NCBI GenBank assembly: GCA_951406725.2
Contig: OX597826.1
Coordinates: 48,236,001 to 48,300,000, forward strand
Reading direction: 5' to 3'
DNA: 64,000 nt
Origin: Octopus vulgaris
Taxonomy: Eukaryota
The notes under the pieces were generated by a model. That model did not search any database, was not told the DNA's origin, and was given only the letters and a program-made list of their open reading frames with translations. Below, piece by piece: positions 12,960-26,652 of this stretch; position 1 is the stretch's first letter, and every line of letters starts with the position of its first letter. The position numbers were made by a program, and so were the translations under genes.

Positions 12960-13246
12960 AAGATCACCTAGAAAGTTACCCTCCGAGTCACAAATCTGGG
13001 CAAAGCTGTTCATGGAAGACCAGCAGTCGCCTATGCATACTGGCCTCCCTTCTCCACACCACCGATGTTATCCAACGGAAAGGCAACAGTAGATACAGCT
13101 TGGCACCAGTGATGCTGCAACACATTTCTACAGCTGAGTGAACTAGAGGAATGCGAAATAAAGATTCTTGCTCAAGAACACACCATGCAGCGTGGTCTGG
13201 GAATTGAAATTACAACCTCACAATGGTAAGACAGATGCTCTAACCA
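12960..13246 (-). mobile_element. Family C CORE-like SINE
   Basis: Reverse-complement similarity to 478-827. Confidence 0.8.
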
Positions 13247-13428
13247 CAAGTACTCATGTGTACTCATAGATAAACATCTGTGTATCAGTCTACATACATA
13301 CACACATATATATATGCGTATGTTGACTCCCATTTATATATGTATATAAACTATGATATATATATATATACACATACACATACATTTACAAGCATTCACA
13401 CACACACATTCATTCATAAATGTGTATG

Positions 13429-13485
<57 letters not shown>

Positions 13486-13683
13486 ATATACCTAAGTACA
13501 AATATACACACACACACACGTGTGTGTGTGTGTACATGAAGTATATTTACATATGTCTGTTATATATGCATCATAGAATATATGTGGATGTATTTGCAGG
13601 CACATGTATGTATGAGTGTATTTGATATAAGTACATGTGAATATGAGTGTGTGTACGTCTGTGTATATGTATTTATGTATGTA

Positions 13684-13714
<31 letters not shown>

Positions 13715-14602
13715 GTTCTATAATTGTAAGCCTGTTAGAGAGAGATATATAAAACGGCGTGGAAACGTTATGGAGAGCAAAGAGGAAGTAGAGAAGAAGG
13801 AAGGGTTGATTTCTCTCTCGACACAATAGTTTCTTAGTCTATTGTTATCTGGCTTTAGTGTTTTGATGCTGTGTTCTTTGAGAAAAAGGCCTTGCAGCAT
13901 AATTTGTATAATTAAGTCGATTGTTCAATATCTTGCATAAATAACAGTAGGATTTCACTGATTTGGCACAGAAAATTATATTGACACATGAAAGTTGGAC
14001 ATGGAAGTGACTGGTTACGAGTTTATTGTGTGCGGTTGCGGAGATGGCGGTCGAAGCGAGAGGAAGGAAAACGAAATGATGAGATTGGGAGGTGGTGGTG
14101 GTGGTAGTGGTGGTGGCAGCGGCAGAGGCGACGGTAGCGGCAGTGGTTGTTGTTGTTGTTGTGGTGGTGGTGGTGGTGTTGGTTGTGGTGGTGGCAGCAG
14201 CGATGAAATTATATTTACGATGTGGCCTACGTTTTTGATATTCTTCGTTCATTGTGGAGAGTAAAAACAAAAAAAACAAAAGACAAAAACAAAATTTTGG
14301 CAACAGTTAAATGAACGTCTCTGGTGACCCAGCTTTCGGCTAGCATATTGTGGACTGTGGGTGTAGAGTGTAATGACGAAGACGTGAGTTCACGTCTTGT
14401 TAGAAGCATTTCATTATAGTTGTATACAGGTGAAACTAAAGGTATATCATCAAGTTCATCATCATCATCGTTGTCATTGTTGTCATAGTCATCATCATCA
14501 TCATCATCATTATTAACACTAGCATCATCATGAACATCGGCATCATTTTAATGTCCCCTTTTCCATATTTGCATGGGTCAGATATAATTCATTGAGACAA
14601 AG

Positions 14603-14656
<54 letters not shown>

Positions 14657-14695
14657 ATATATATATATATATATAAAAAGATATATGTATATATA

Positions 14696-14965
14696 TCATC
14701 ATCATTGTTCGACCGTGGTTGAGACAATGGAATTTACCATGCTACGCCAGACTTCACGGTCCATCATAGCATTACAGAGGTCCTGTTGCTGGATGCCGGT
14801 ATCCCTGGAGATTACATCAGGGTAGGAGAGTGTGCACCCTCTGGTATTGCGAGTAGATGGCTTCCAGAGGAGAAGAGTAGAAATTGCCTCGTTTTCAGCT
14901 CTACAACAATGTCCAGCAAACTGGACTCTCCTACCTTTCACAAGTGGTGGTGGCAGCGGAGACGT
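14696..14965 (-). mobile_element. RTE-type LINE 3' end
   Basis: ORF KGRRVQFAGHCCRAENE...LLLWKP...MMDREVWR ends at a (TGA)n tail and is inserted in (TA)n. Confidence 0.8.
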
Positions 14966-14999
14966 GTGTATATATATATATATATATGATTAAATGACA

Positions 15000-15032
<33 letters not shown>

Positions 15033-15034
<2 letters not shown>

Positions 15035-15379
15035 CATCATCTTCATCGTTTAACGTCCGTTTTCCATCCTAGTATGGGTTGGACTGTTCGACCAGGGTCT
15101 GGGAAACCGGGAAGCTGCACCAGGCTCCAGTCTGATCTGGCAGTGTTTCCACAGCTCGAATGCCATTCCTAACGCCAACCACTCCGTGAGTGTAGTGCGT
15201 GCTTTTTACATGCCATAAGCACAGGAGCCTGAGGAGGCTGGCAACAGCCATAATTAGTTGGTGCTTTTTACATACCACCGGCACGGAAGCCACAGGTATC
15301 ATAACTACAATTTCCATTTGATTTTTATTTTGATGTTGATGTACTTGACTCAAGAGGTCTCCTCAAGCACAACAGGTCT

Positions 15380-15380
<1 letters not shown>
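15033..15380 (-). mobile_element. 3' UTR fragment of the RTE family seen at 54861-56544
   Basis: CATCGTTTAACGTCCG...CCTAACGCCAACCACTCCGTGAGTGTAGTG matches the reverse complement of 56388-56544. Confidence 0.85.
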
Positions 15381-15414
<34 letters not shown>

Positions 15415-15423
15415 TAGATAGAG

Positions 15424-15488
<65 letters not shown>

Positions 15489-15509
15489 TACGGGTGTGTG
15501 TGATTGTGT

Positions 15510-15735
15510 ATAGAAGAATATATTAATAAAAGGAATTCCAACCTTGTCTGATTTTCACGTTTTATTTACAAACTTATAATGATATTAGATAATATAATAT
15601 AATAAAATTAAAATAAAATAATAGAATGTTAATTGTTCATTCTGATTGAACTAGTACTTTCATGCATTAAATTCTGCAATCTTCAGGTTCATGTAGTAGT
15701 GATGACAGTCATGCTTCACAATTTTTGACTGTCTC
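15510..15735 (-). mobile_element. Penelope-like terminal-repeat fragment
   Basis: Hammerhead followed, on the minus strand, by an AT-rich tract with AATAAA; flanked by microsatellites. Confidence 0.55.
15647..15691 (-). ncRNA. Minimal type-I hammerhead ribozyme, intact core
   Basis: TGAAC-CTGAAGA-T-TGCA-GAATTTAA-TGCA-T-GAAA-GTAC-TA-GTTCA. Stem I is a perfect 5 bp, stem II has 4 bp, stem III is the palindrome AGTACT and the cleavage triplet is CUA. Confidence 0.75.
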
Positions 15736-16406
15736 TCTCTCTATATATATATATATACACACACATACATATACATTGTTTTTTTAGAGGTGATGAATAT
15801 GTATCATACAACACAGCCCAAGAAAGTAATATATATACTTACACACGCGACAGGCTTCTTTCAGTTTCCATCTTTTGTCCACTGAATCCATTCACAAATC
15901 TTTGTTCATCCAGATGACACTTGCCAAATGTGTTTCAAGAAGGAACTGAACCTGAAACCACAAGGCTGGCAAGCAAACTTCTGAATGACACAGCCAGCCA
16001 TGCCTATGTTGACATTTATACCACATTATTTAACTAGATTTCATTAACACTTTAAAGATTGTTTGAAGTCACACTATGTACTTTATATGACTTCAATGAC
16101 AGCGAGGATTAATTGCAAGCTTTATATATTTTTTTACTACTAACCATAAGTTCACACCTTCATTTCAACCATTAAGTTTTTCCTTCAAGGCAAGCTAAAT
16201 TACTTGTCTTAGTAAACACAGGTCCAAAAGTAAGTACTGGCCTTCTTCAAACAGACTGGTTTAGCTGTTACATGTGAAAGCCAGATCTTTTGTTATCCAT
16301 AAACGTATCAACATGTCTACACACACAGCTGTTCTTTTGTAGCCATCGCAGGTTAAACAATAAAGATATACAATATACATAGAGTTGTGTATAGACAATA
16401 AACCTA

Positions 16407-16445
<39 letters not shown>

Positions 16446-16518
16446 TAAGAGAGACCAAAGTGTACGTACGCTGCTATATATATATATATATAAAATACAA
16501 AATGGGATAAGAATGCAG

Positions 16519-16571
<53 letters not shown>

Positions 16572-17038
16572 TCATATATTCATTGGACAATATACATGAT
16601 GTAGCATAAACTGTGTTGTTGATGTAGTTCTTGCTGTTTTAGAAGTCAAAGGTCAGATTTGATTGAGCTGATCTAGGGCATAAATATGCACTCTGTTAAC
16701 AAGGCAGAACCCAAAGATCTGTTGTTCTGGTTTTATCTTAGTACTAGTCAGGCATGCATCATATTCCGTACTCTGACTGGCAAAGGTCAACAGTACAGGG
16801 TTAAATGAGCAAAACAATGGCATGTAACAATGTAGAAGCTTTATTGAAGTATATTTCAATTCCTCATTTCTGTTTTGGTTTACCATTTTGCATTTGAGCC
16901 ATTTGGATGTGTTAGTAAAATAGGAATCAACCAGGACTGATATGATCTCCATCGTGGGTATACTTATGAAATGTAATGAACATTTATTATAACACTTTTT
17001 TTCAAAAATATAATGTTATTTAAAGTGACTAAATTATA

Positions 17039-17425
17039 GGTGTAGGAGTGGCTGTGTGGTAAGTAGTTTGCTTACCAACCACATGGTTCCAGGTTCAGTC
17101 CCACTGTGCGGCACCTTGGGCAATGTCTTCTACTGTAGCCTCGAGCTGACCAAAGGCTTGTGAGTGGATTTGGTAGACAGAAACTGAAAGAAGCCCGTCG
17201 TATATAATTATATATATGTTTATGTGTCTGTGTTTGTCCTCCCAACATCACTTGACAACCGATGCTGGTGCATTTGCGTCCCCGTAACTTAGCAGTTCGA
17301 CAAAAGAGACCAATAGAATAAGTACTAGGCTTACAAAGAATAAGTCCTGGAATCGATTTGCTCGACTAAAGGCGGTGCTCCAGCATGACCACAGTTACAT
17401 GACTGAAACAAGTTAAAGAGTAAAA
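17039..17425 (+). mobile_element. Family A SINE, full length
   Basis: Complete head, internal microsatellite and tail. Confidence 0.9.
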
Positions 17426-17493
17426 CTTTTTACTGCACATCGGTTTGCTTGAAGAACAGGTAAAACACACCTGGTCAGGTTTTGCTTCGTCTT

Positions 17494-17822
17494 TCACTTA
17501 TTTCAGTCATTCGGCTGTGGCAATGCTGGGGCACTGTCTTGGAGAATTTTTAGCCAAAAGAATCAACCCCAGGACTTTTATTTTTAAGCCTGGCACTTAG
17601 TCTCTTCTGCCAAACCACTAAGTTATGGGGATGTAAACATGCCAACAGTGGTTTTACAAGACAAACACACACACACACATGCATATGTATATGTATATAT
17701 ATATACACAATGAGCTTCTTTCAATTTCTCTTTACCAAATCCACTCACAAAGCTTTTAATTGGCTTGAGGCTATAATAGAAGACACTTGCCTAAGGTGCC
17801 ATACAGTGGGACTAAACCCTGG
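17494..17822 (-). mobile_element. Family A SINE, older copy
   Basis: Diverged reverse-complement copy, tail-to-tail with 17039-17425. Confidence 0.75.
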
Positions 17823-17938
17823 AAATAAACACAATCCCTGGGAATGAACACATGTTTTCCACTCACTCATTACTTGATAATAAATTTGACTTATCTCTTC
17901 CCCAAAATTGTTGGCCTTTCACCAAACTTTAAAATCAT

Positions 17939-17983
<45 letters not shown>

Positions 17984-18063
17984 CACCACCACCATCATCA
18001 CCACCACCACTACCACTACCACCACTACCGCCACTACCACCATCATCACCACCACCACCTCCT

Positions 18064-18107
<44 letters not shown>

Positions 18108-18134
18108 GTTATTATTATTATTATCATTGTATTA

Positions 18135-18352
18135 AGGTGGAGAGCTGGCAGAATCATTAGCACGCTAGGTGAAATGCTTAGCAGCATTTTGCCTGTCTTT
18201 ACATTCTGAGTTCAAAGTCTGCCAAGGTCGACTTTGCATTTCATCCTTTCAAGGTCAATAAAACAAGTACCAGTTGAGTGCTGGGGTCGATGGAGTCAAC
18301 TGTCTCTCTCCCCCAAATTTCAGGACTTGTGCCTATAATAGAAAGGATTATT
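18135..18352 (+). mobile_element. Family B SINE with the alternative tail
   Basis: B head and core, tail ...CTTGTGCCTATAATAGAAAGG-(ATT)n; sits between (TTA)n tracts. Confidence 0.85.
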
Positions 18353-18790
18353 ATTATTATAATTGTTCAACATTTGGTAGTTACGGGAAATTTCTACTGA
18401 ATCACCTGTTATTCTGTGCTGCTGGTGTGTGCAGCATTATGTGTTTTCTTGTTGTTGTTGTCGTCGGGAGTGTGAAAACTTTTCCCACGATTGTATTGTG
18501 TGAGTCTCTTGTTTTGGGGGTTTTTTGTGAAGTATGGTACAGTCTTTTGCTGTATTAGTGTTTGTATTGAGTGTTGAGTGTGTAATGCATTTGAGTATCT
18601 AACCTGCTGGTGGTAGTTTATTTCATTGGATATTATTATTATTATTATCATTATTATTATTTCTGATCTTTGTTAACATTTATATATTTCATTTCATCTT
18701 ACATTTGAGTTTTAGCTATGAGGAATACTTGCATATATAGATGTGTATATTTGTCGGTTCACATGTGTGTGTGTGAGTGTGTGTGTGTGT

Positions 18791-18828
<38 letters not shown>

Positions 18829-19260
18829 ACACACATGTATTACATTTAACTTATGCATCAGATGCCAATATGTTTTGGTATCTAAAGGCACTAAATTCAA
18901 TTCTGCTATGTTTTATGACAATTTTTGTTAAAAGACAAAAACAGATACATACACACTCAAACAAGGAATATATTTAGCAATCAACCCACATCCATTTTCA
19001 TTTCTTAGTTTACGGCATGAATGAAAAAAAAAATATTAACAACATGTTGCATATACAACTATTTACCTTTGACGCTATTTTTATCTATCTATCTATCTAT
19101 ATTTTGATATATATATACGTATATACATATACATATACATATACATACATATATATATATATATACATACATATATATATATACACACTCATATAATATA
19201 TATATATATGTACATACATACATATACGTATGTATGTGTATATGTATATATATATATATA

Positions 19261-19351
<91 letters not shown>

Positions 19352-19980
19352 GTATATGCATATATATATGTATGTATTTATGTCTGTATGTATGTATGTA
19401 TGTATGTATGTATGTATGTATGTATGTATGTATGTATATAAATATATTTCTTCCTCTCTTCTGGCAATAAATAATCAACCAGCGACCTGATAATCATAAA
19501 TGTTAGAAAACATAAGAAAGAGATGAATGAAAGAGAATAAAGAGAAGAGAAACGAAAGAAAGAATGCAAAATAAATAATGATCTACATAAAAATAAAAGA
19601 TTTAAAATTTTCTCACTTCATGCTTTTTTTTTTTAATGCATGCGTGTGTTGTTAGTCTATGTGCGTATGTGTATAGAATGATCAGTTTATTTAGTTTCCC
19701 AAAATATTCACAGATTTCATTATTTATGACAACTATTTAGCTATTTCTGATGTAACTTGCTGTTAATACATATTATATATTACAGGTGGTTTTCTGTTTG
19801 GGACCCTAACTGAAAACGAAATGTTTGCTGTAAAACTATAAATGCTTGTGAGACAGTATAGGAGCATTTATACAGAAAGTTGCCTGGCCACTTAGAAATA
19901 GTAGCTAAATCTCCCTCAAATCCCATGCTCCAATCTTGGTAATCCTAGATATATAAAATTTCAAGTTGTTTACATGTAAA

Positions 19981-20295
19981 AGTGAAGGCTCATAGCTCAG
20001 TGGTAAGATTGTTGGGCTGGCAATCATGAGACAGTGTGTTGTGTTTTTAAGCAAGACACTTTATCTCATGTTGCTCCAGTTCACTCAGCTGTAGAAATGA
20101 GTTATTATGTCATTGGTGTCAAGCTGTATCAGCCTTTGCCTTTCCCTTGTGTAACATCAGTGGCATGGAGGGGATAATACTGGTATGCATGGGTGACTGC
20201 TGGTCTTCTATAAACAACCTTGCCTGGACTTGCCAAGAGGAGAACTTTCTAGGTGCAATCCCTTAGTCATTCATAACAAAAAGGGGTCTTTACCT
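19981..20295 (+). mobile_element. Family C CORE-like SINE
   Basis: Collinear with 478-827. Confidence 0.85.
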
Positions 20296-20880
20296 TTTTA
20301 CAAGTAAAATGAGGTAAAACAACCATGACAACAACAAATGTAGATAAACCAATCCAATGTTAGATCGTTTATGTGGTCAATTGACCTAAACACATGGTGG
20401 TATGGTGCCCTCCAGCAGACAATAAAAAGGAGACAATTATTTCTTCATAATATTTGACTGAATTAGAAGTTTGAATTTAAAATTAATTTATAAAGGAAAA
20501 GACACATAAAATGCATATATCTAATTTTTAAATTTTTTTCTTAAATCATTATGTGCTTCTTAAAATTCCTAGTCAATGGTTATCATGTATAGCACTATCT
20601 CATTCTTTTTAGAAATCATCAGCATGGCCACACTGACCAATGACTGAAGCAAATAAAAGTAAAAGATTAAAAGATGACATAACCTGAGCCAAATCTCCAA
20701 ACAATGACATTGTCATTTCTCCTAAATGAATACTCTGCTGTTTTATATGTATACATGTTTGTTTGTGTGTGTGTGTGTGCGTATATACTGAGGCCAATTT
20801 GGTTGACTATAATTCTTCAAGGCAATATCCCAACATGGCTGGAGTCTAATGTCTAAAACAAGTAATGAGCATGTGTGTGC

Positions 20881-20912
<32 letters not shown>

Positions 20913-20914
<2 letters not shown>

Positions 20915-21150
20915 ACATAGCCTAGAAGTTAGGTTGTTGCACTCGTGATCGTTAGATCATGGGTTCAAATCCAGGGCAGTGCAGTGCTTTATTCTTTTAA
21001 GTAAAACACTCCATATCACATTGCTCTGCAATCACTTTGACATCTGACATGCGGCACACTGTGACACACCTGTACAAGTAACGGTTATTTGATGGAGAGG
21101 GTGAACTAATGTTTAGCACAAACATTTCATCAGTTCAGGTTGATCAGTAA
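20913..21150 (+). mobile_element. CORE-like SINE with a different tail
   Basis: tRNA-like head (GGGTTCAAATCC) and degenerate core (AAGTAAAACACTCCATATCACATTGCTC); the 3' part is unrelated to family C. Confidence 0.55.
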
Positions 21151-21271
21151 GAAATTGCAAAACTGTCTTTCTTGAAACTTGAGAGACTACCATAAAATAT
21201 ATATACATACATAAACATACATATGCATATATATATGTGTGTGTGTGTGTATACATACACATACACACATA

Positions 21272-21328
<57 letters not shown>

Positions 21329-21879
21329 AGAGTAAATAATTTCTTCGATGGTTTTTCAAAAACCAACAATTATTTACTGGTAGATTTCGGCATGTAAATA
21401 TAACCATTAACGGCAGGAACTTCTGTAAAGTTCAGTATATATATATTGTATATAAATAGAAGGGGCAGGCAACAGGTTGCTTAGCCGCATACCGAAAAAA
21501 TTAGAAATAGCACTCGGAGACTGTTTATTTCTATTTTCTACAAATGGGACTCCACATACGACATATCCCTGTAATTCACATATGCAAAACAGAAGGCATA
21601 AATAACGAAAACAAAGCCTAACAGTCATTTGTGAACATGTTTCTAGATTAGAAATATGAATATATATTTCATGTCTTTCATCAGCGCAACCTTCCATAGA
21701 TTTATCAAATGCTACGTACCTCCACCTGTGACCAGGCGACATCAATATATATATATACACACACATACATAAACATACATGTGTGTGTGTGTTAAATAAA
21801 ATGAGACAACAAAACCAAGGCTGTGTGGAATTTTCAGGACATTTATAAAGAAAAAGATAATCTTACAGCTTTTTTTTAT

Positions 21880-22272
21880 TCTCTCACTATTTTTTTCTCT
21901 TATTCCTTTCTGTTGAAGTCCATAGGATCAAAAACTTAAATGTCTTTTCCATTTTTCTCAAGTGTCAAACTAATACACCTGTTTGCTGTTCCTATACCTA
22001 TTTCTTTATTACCCACAAGGGGCTAAACACAGAGGGGACAAACAAGGACAGACATTGGTATTAAGTTGATTACATCGACCCCAGTGCGTAACTGGTACTT
22101 AATCTATCGACCCCGAAAGGATGAAAGGCAAAGTCGACCTTGACAGAATTTGAACTCACAACGTAACGGAGATGAAATGCCGCTAAGCATTTCGCCCAGC
22201 ATGCTAATGTATCTGCCAGCTCACCGCCTTGTTCCTATACCTGTCTTCTTCTTTTGTTTTTCTATAAATTTG

Positions 22273-22276
<4 letters not shown>
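21880..22276 (+). mobile_element. Penelope-like terminal fragment with a decayed hammerhead, interrupted by a SINE
   Basis: CTTT-CTGTTGA-AGTCC-ATAG-GATC-AAAAAC at 21906-21935; ends in (TA)n; homologous to the reverse complement of 62249-62385. Confidence 0.5.
22000..22229 (-). mobile_element. Family B SINE with a 13-bp TSD
   Basis: TGTTCCTATACCT at 21987-21999 and 22230-22242. Confidence 0.9.
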
Positions 22277-22363
<87 letters not shown>

Positions 22364-23105
22364 TGATGGGCTTTTTCCCTTTCTGTCTACCAAATCCTCT
22401 CACAAGGCTTTGGCAAGCCTGGGGCTATTACAGAAGACACTTTTCTCAAGGTGCCATTCCATGGGACGGAACCCAAAACCATGTAGTTGAGAAGTAAACA
22501 TCTTAACCACACAGCCACGCTTGTTAATATGGTGAAAACTACACTTCACTGAGGAGGACTAATAAGATGGAACTATACCTGAAGTTCTCTCACTTAATTA
22601 CCAAAAATACTTAGACAATATTAGCAGTTGATTTAATGAACATATTTGCATCACTGTATATGTATTTAATTAAATATTTTATACCCACCACATTAGATAT
22701 ATTAACATTAGCATTAACACTATACTTTCATTCACAGTCGTTTACTGGACTCCAGTGAGACCTTTTAATGCTAAACTCAGCACCACCCTATGGAGACCAG
22801 TTTTCAAGTGAGACAGAAAGTAAACTGTAAAATATTATTATAGTCCTACAAAACACAGCAAACAGACATTGCTTTTCAACTTGCACATAAACAGCAAGCC
22901 AGAAAAATCACTGAATCAACAGGCATAGCACTTGGTGACAAAAAGTGACAGCCAAAAAAGCTGTTCTTATTGACAGAACACATTGTCTATGTTGACACAC
23001 GTATGTTCGTACACACACATACGTACATACATACATAGATCATACATGTGTGCACATAAAAATATTCATGTGTGTGCACACATTCATGCATACCTATATG
23101 TATGC

Positions 23106-23186
<81 letters not shown>

Positions 23187-23196
23187 CATACATACA

Positions 23197-23230
<34 letters not shown>

Positions 23231-23351
23231 CATACATACATACAAACATACTTATTATGTACACACTCACAAACAACATATATTTGCATATATGCAGATA
23301 TATAGACATGTATAAATATACATGTATATATGTGTGTATTTGTATATATAT

Positions 23352-23394
<43 letters not shown>

Positions 23395-23606
23395 CATATA
23401 TGTATACATGCATATATATATATATATACACACAGATACATAAACATATATGTATACATATATATATACACACACACATACACACGCATTTATATGTATA
23501 CGCACACAAACATCATACACACATACATGTATATATGTTCACATATACATACATATATATGTGTGCATGTGTGTGTATACAGACAGAGAGAGATATAGTA
23601 TGAAAG

Positions 23607-23676
<70 letters not shown>

Positions 23677-24056
23677 GTAGATTGATTTGTGAGTAAGTGG
23701 ATGTTTGTGTGTATACATATATATGTCATTCATTCATATATTTACACACAAAGAAGTATGAGTCGTGTAAGGGCAGGGACACTGTGAAAGCTTGGAAAAC
23801 GTTTCCTTGAAAAGACAAAAAGAATAAGCATATTTGTAAACACTACTTTAAATCCATTAGGTTTCTATGGAAATAATGGCTGTTAAACACAAAAATACAC
23901 ATATACAATTATACACATACATTCACACTCACACATACACAAACGCACAAAACCGTATTTATATATACACACACATACATATATATATATATATGTTTGT
24001 ATATATATGTATATATATATATATATATATCCTCATACACACACACACACACACAT

Positions 24057-24106
<50 letters not shown>

Positions 24107-25730
24107 TCATACACATACATATATGTATATATATAAACATGTTCATAAATATGCATGCATATGCACACACACTCATACATGTTGGTATCCTAAAATATAA
24201 ACCTGTTTATATTGTTTTTCTTTAGGAGTAAACGACTATTATAAGCTGTAATATTTTTTTCTTATTGTTTACTCTGTTGCATGAGCCTTTGACAGCTAGC
24301 CTCTTCGTGGTCAATCAGTCCACCAGAAATATTAACTGAATCTCTATTTAATCATACCCTAACTGCTTTAAGAAAAAGAACGGTTACTGATAGATTCAAT
24401 ATGCATGACCAATAAGAAGACAGAATAATAATAATTATTAATATTATTATACTTTTTATCATCATTCGTTCCTTGGATCAAGAATAACCCAAGCTGAGCA
24501 ATCACTAAGACAACAGCTGTTCTGCTATTTAATGTCAAGTAACACTCACTGGGTCATCAAAGAAAGGAAATTTGGTGAGAACTAGTAATAGGTGCCAGTA
24601 TCAGAGCTTCCTATCAAGGCGATGGAACTTCTGTATTAATTATTAAAATGGTTTCTGCTGGCAATAATTCTTTCAAATTTTGACAAAAGATCAGCAAATT
24701 TTGAAATTGACTGGTACCTTAATTTATTGACTCTGAAAGGATGAAGAATATTGTTGACTCCAGTGGAATTTGAACTCAGAACATAAAGCAACAGATGAGA
24801 TATTACAAAACATATTTTTGTAACATGCTAAAATTTTACCAGCTCAAAAAGAAACCTAGAACTCTTTTGAGAATCATGATTTTGAATGTAGCGCCAAAGG
24901 TGCCTGAATCTCCTCAGTCAAATCTGCCAGGGCCAACTACCAGAATTTGCTCCTATCATGCCTGTAAATTCATTTGATTCATCGAACACCATTGAAACAA
25001 AAAAATTGCATGAAATTATTTATACATTCATTTCTTCTACAGGAATTTGTGATTCTTCTGTGGCTTAGAAGTATTTTGACTTTGATTTTCAGTTAAGCAG
25101 GTGCTTATATAGTACCCTAGTTTATATATATATATATACACACATATATATAATATATATTTTATTAATTTATGTATGTATGCTTCTGTGTTTGTTTTGG
25201 CATGGTTTTTATGGCTGTATGTCCTTCCTAACACCAACCACTCTGTAGAGTGGGCTGAGTGCTTTTCACATGGCACCAGCACAGGTGAGGTCGGTTTTGG
25301 CAAGGTTTTTACAGCTGAATGCAATTACTTAATTTTAGAATAACATTGCAGGGTAGATATGAGAGGCCAGATGTGACTGGTTTCGATATAAAACAGATTG
25401 AATATCTTGGCTGGATATGGCTGGTTTAAATGCTAAACAGTTAAGTCACCTACAAGTATATATTTTGTTGTTACAATTAATTCTTGAATACTGAGTACTG
25501 AATATGGTAATGTGCTTATATAAATTGGAAAAAAAAACTAATCATGACTAGAATATTAATCAAATCACATCCATAATTATGAACTTTTATTAACCCAAAA
25601 GAAAGGGAAGCATTTAGTCTTTAAATCGATAATTCAAATATATAAAAAACATTTTTTAAATATTATATTTGACTACTTAGTTATCCTCCCTTCAATCTAC
25701 AATAATTCTTCAGAAATTTAATCTGTTTAA

Positions 25731-25943
25731 CCTTTTTGCTACCATATTTCCATAGAAGCTCACAGCTTTTGTTTCAATTAATTTTGAAAATAATGAAGAA
25801 TTTAGGAAAATAAATTTTGTCATTATTAAGCTGGTGTTTAGAATATAATTTAACATGAAATTTTGATCGAAAGTTTAAATTTGGATCTTTTCAAATCAGG
25901 GAATTTGTATCATAGAACAAGAGATGCTTTGACATTGGAAAGG
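25731..25943. mobile_element. TTAA-flanked MITE (piggyBac-like)
   Basis: TTAA-CCTTT...AAAGG-TTAA ends. Confidence 0.55.
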
Positions 25944-26227
25944 TTAAATATTAACATAATCTAATTAGTTCAAACTTTATAAACAAATTTAACTGATACT
26001 TATAACATTTCTTAGATACAACATTCTGTATCTCTTTCATATTTCTCATAATTTTTTCCTTACTTTTGTCTCTGTTGCTCTTTTCTAATTCTTACCCCTC
26101 TACTATTTCTCTTCCATTTCATCTAATTTTCACCAACCAACTCGTATCATCATCTCCCAGCATCATAATTCTTTTGTAGCTTTTGTTTACTTTCTGCTCA
26201 TTGTTTTATGATATATTTACTTATAGA

Positions 26228-26380
26228 GGTGCAGGCATGGCTATGTGATAAGAAGCTTGCTTCCAAACCACATGGTTCTGGGTTCAGTCCCACTATATTG
26301 CAACTTTGGCAAGTGTTTTCTACTAGAGCCTCAGTCCAACCAAAGCCTTGTGAGTGAATCTGTTTGATGAAAGTCCATCG

Positions 26381-26427
<47 letters not shown>

Positions 26428-26652
26428 CTGTGTGTGCATCTGTATTTGTCTCCCAATCACAAATTTACAACCAGTGTTGGTGTGTTTACGTCCCCGTAAC
26501 TTAGCAGTTTGGCAGAGACCAATAGAATAAGTACTAGGCATTAAAAAACAAGGCCTGGGGTCAATTATTTTGACTAAAACACTTCAAGGCAGTGCTCCAG
26601 CATGGCCACAGTCAAATGACTGAAATGAGTAAAAGACTAAAAGAAAAAGAAT
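26228..26652 (+). mobile_element. Family A SINE
   Basis: Full layout with internal (TG)n. Confidence 0.9.

Noticed and set aside
16653-16952. 99-aa non-repetitive ORF as a possible host exon
   Set aside because: No recognisable domain or convincing splice sites; it cannot be supported without homology or RNA data.
17039-17115. tRNA-like sequences at SINE heads
   Set aside because: They have A/B-box-like motifs but no complete cloverleaf, and they continue into SINE bodies.
21103-21137. Minus-strand CTGATGA plus a perfect 7-bp hairpin
   Set aside because: There is no GAAA; it is a simple hairpin within a SINE tail.
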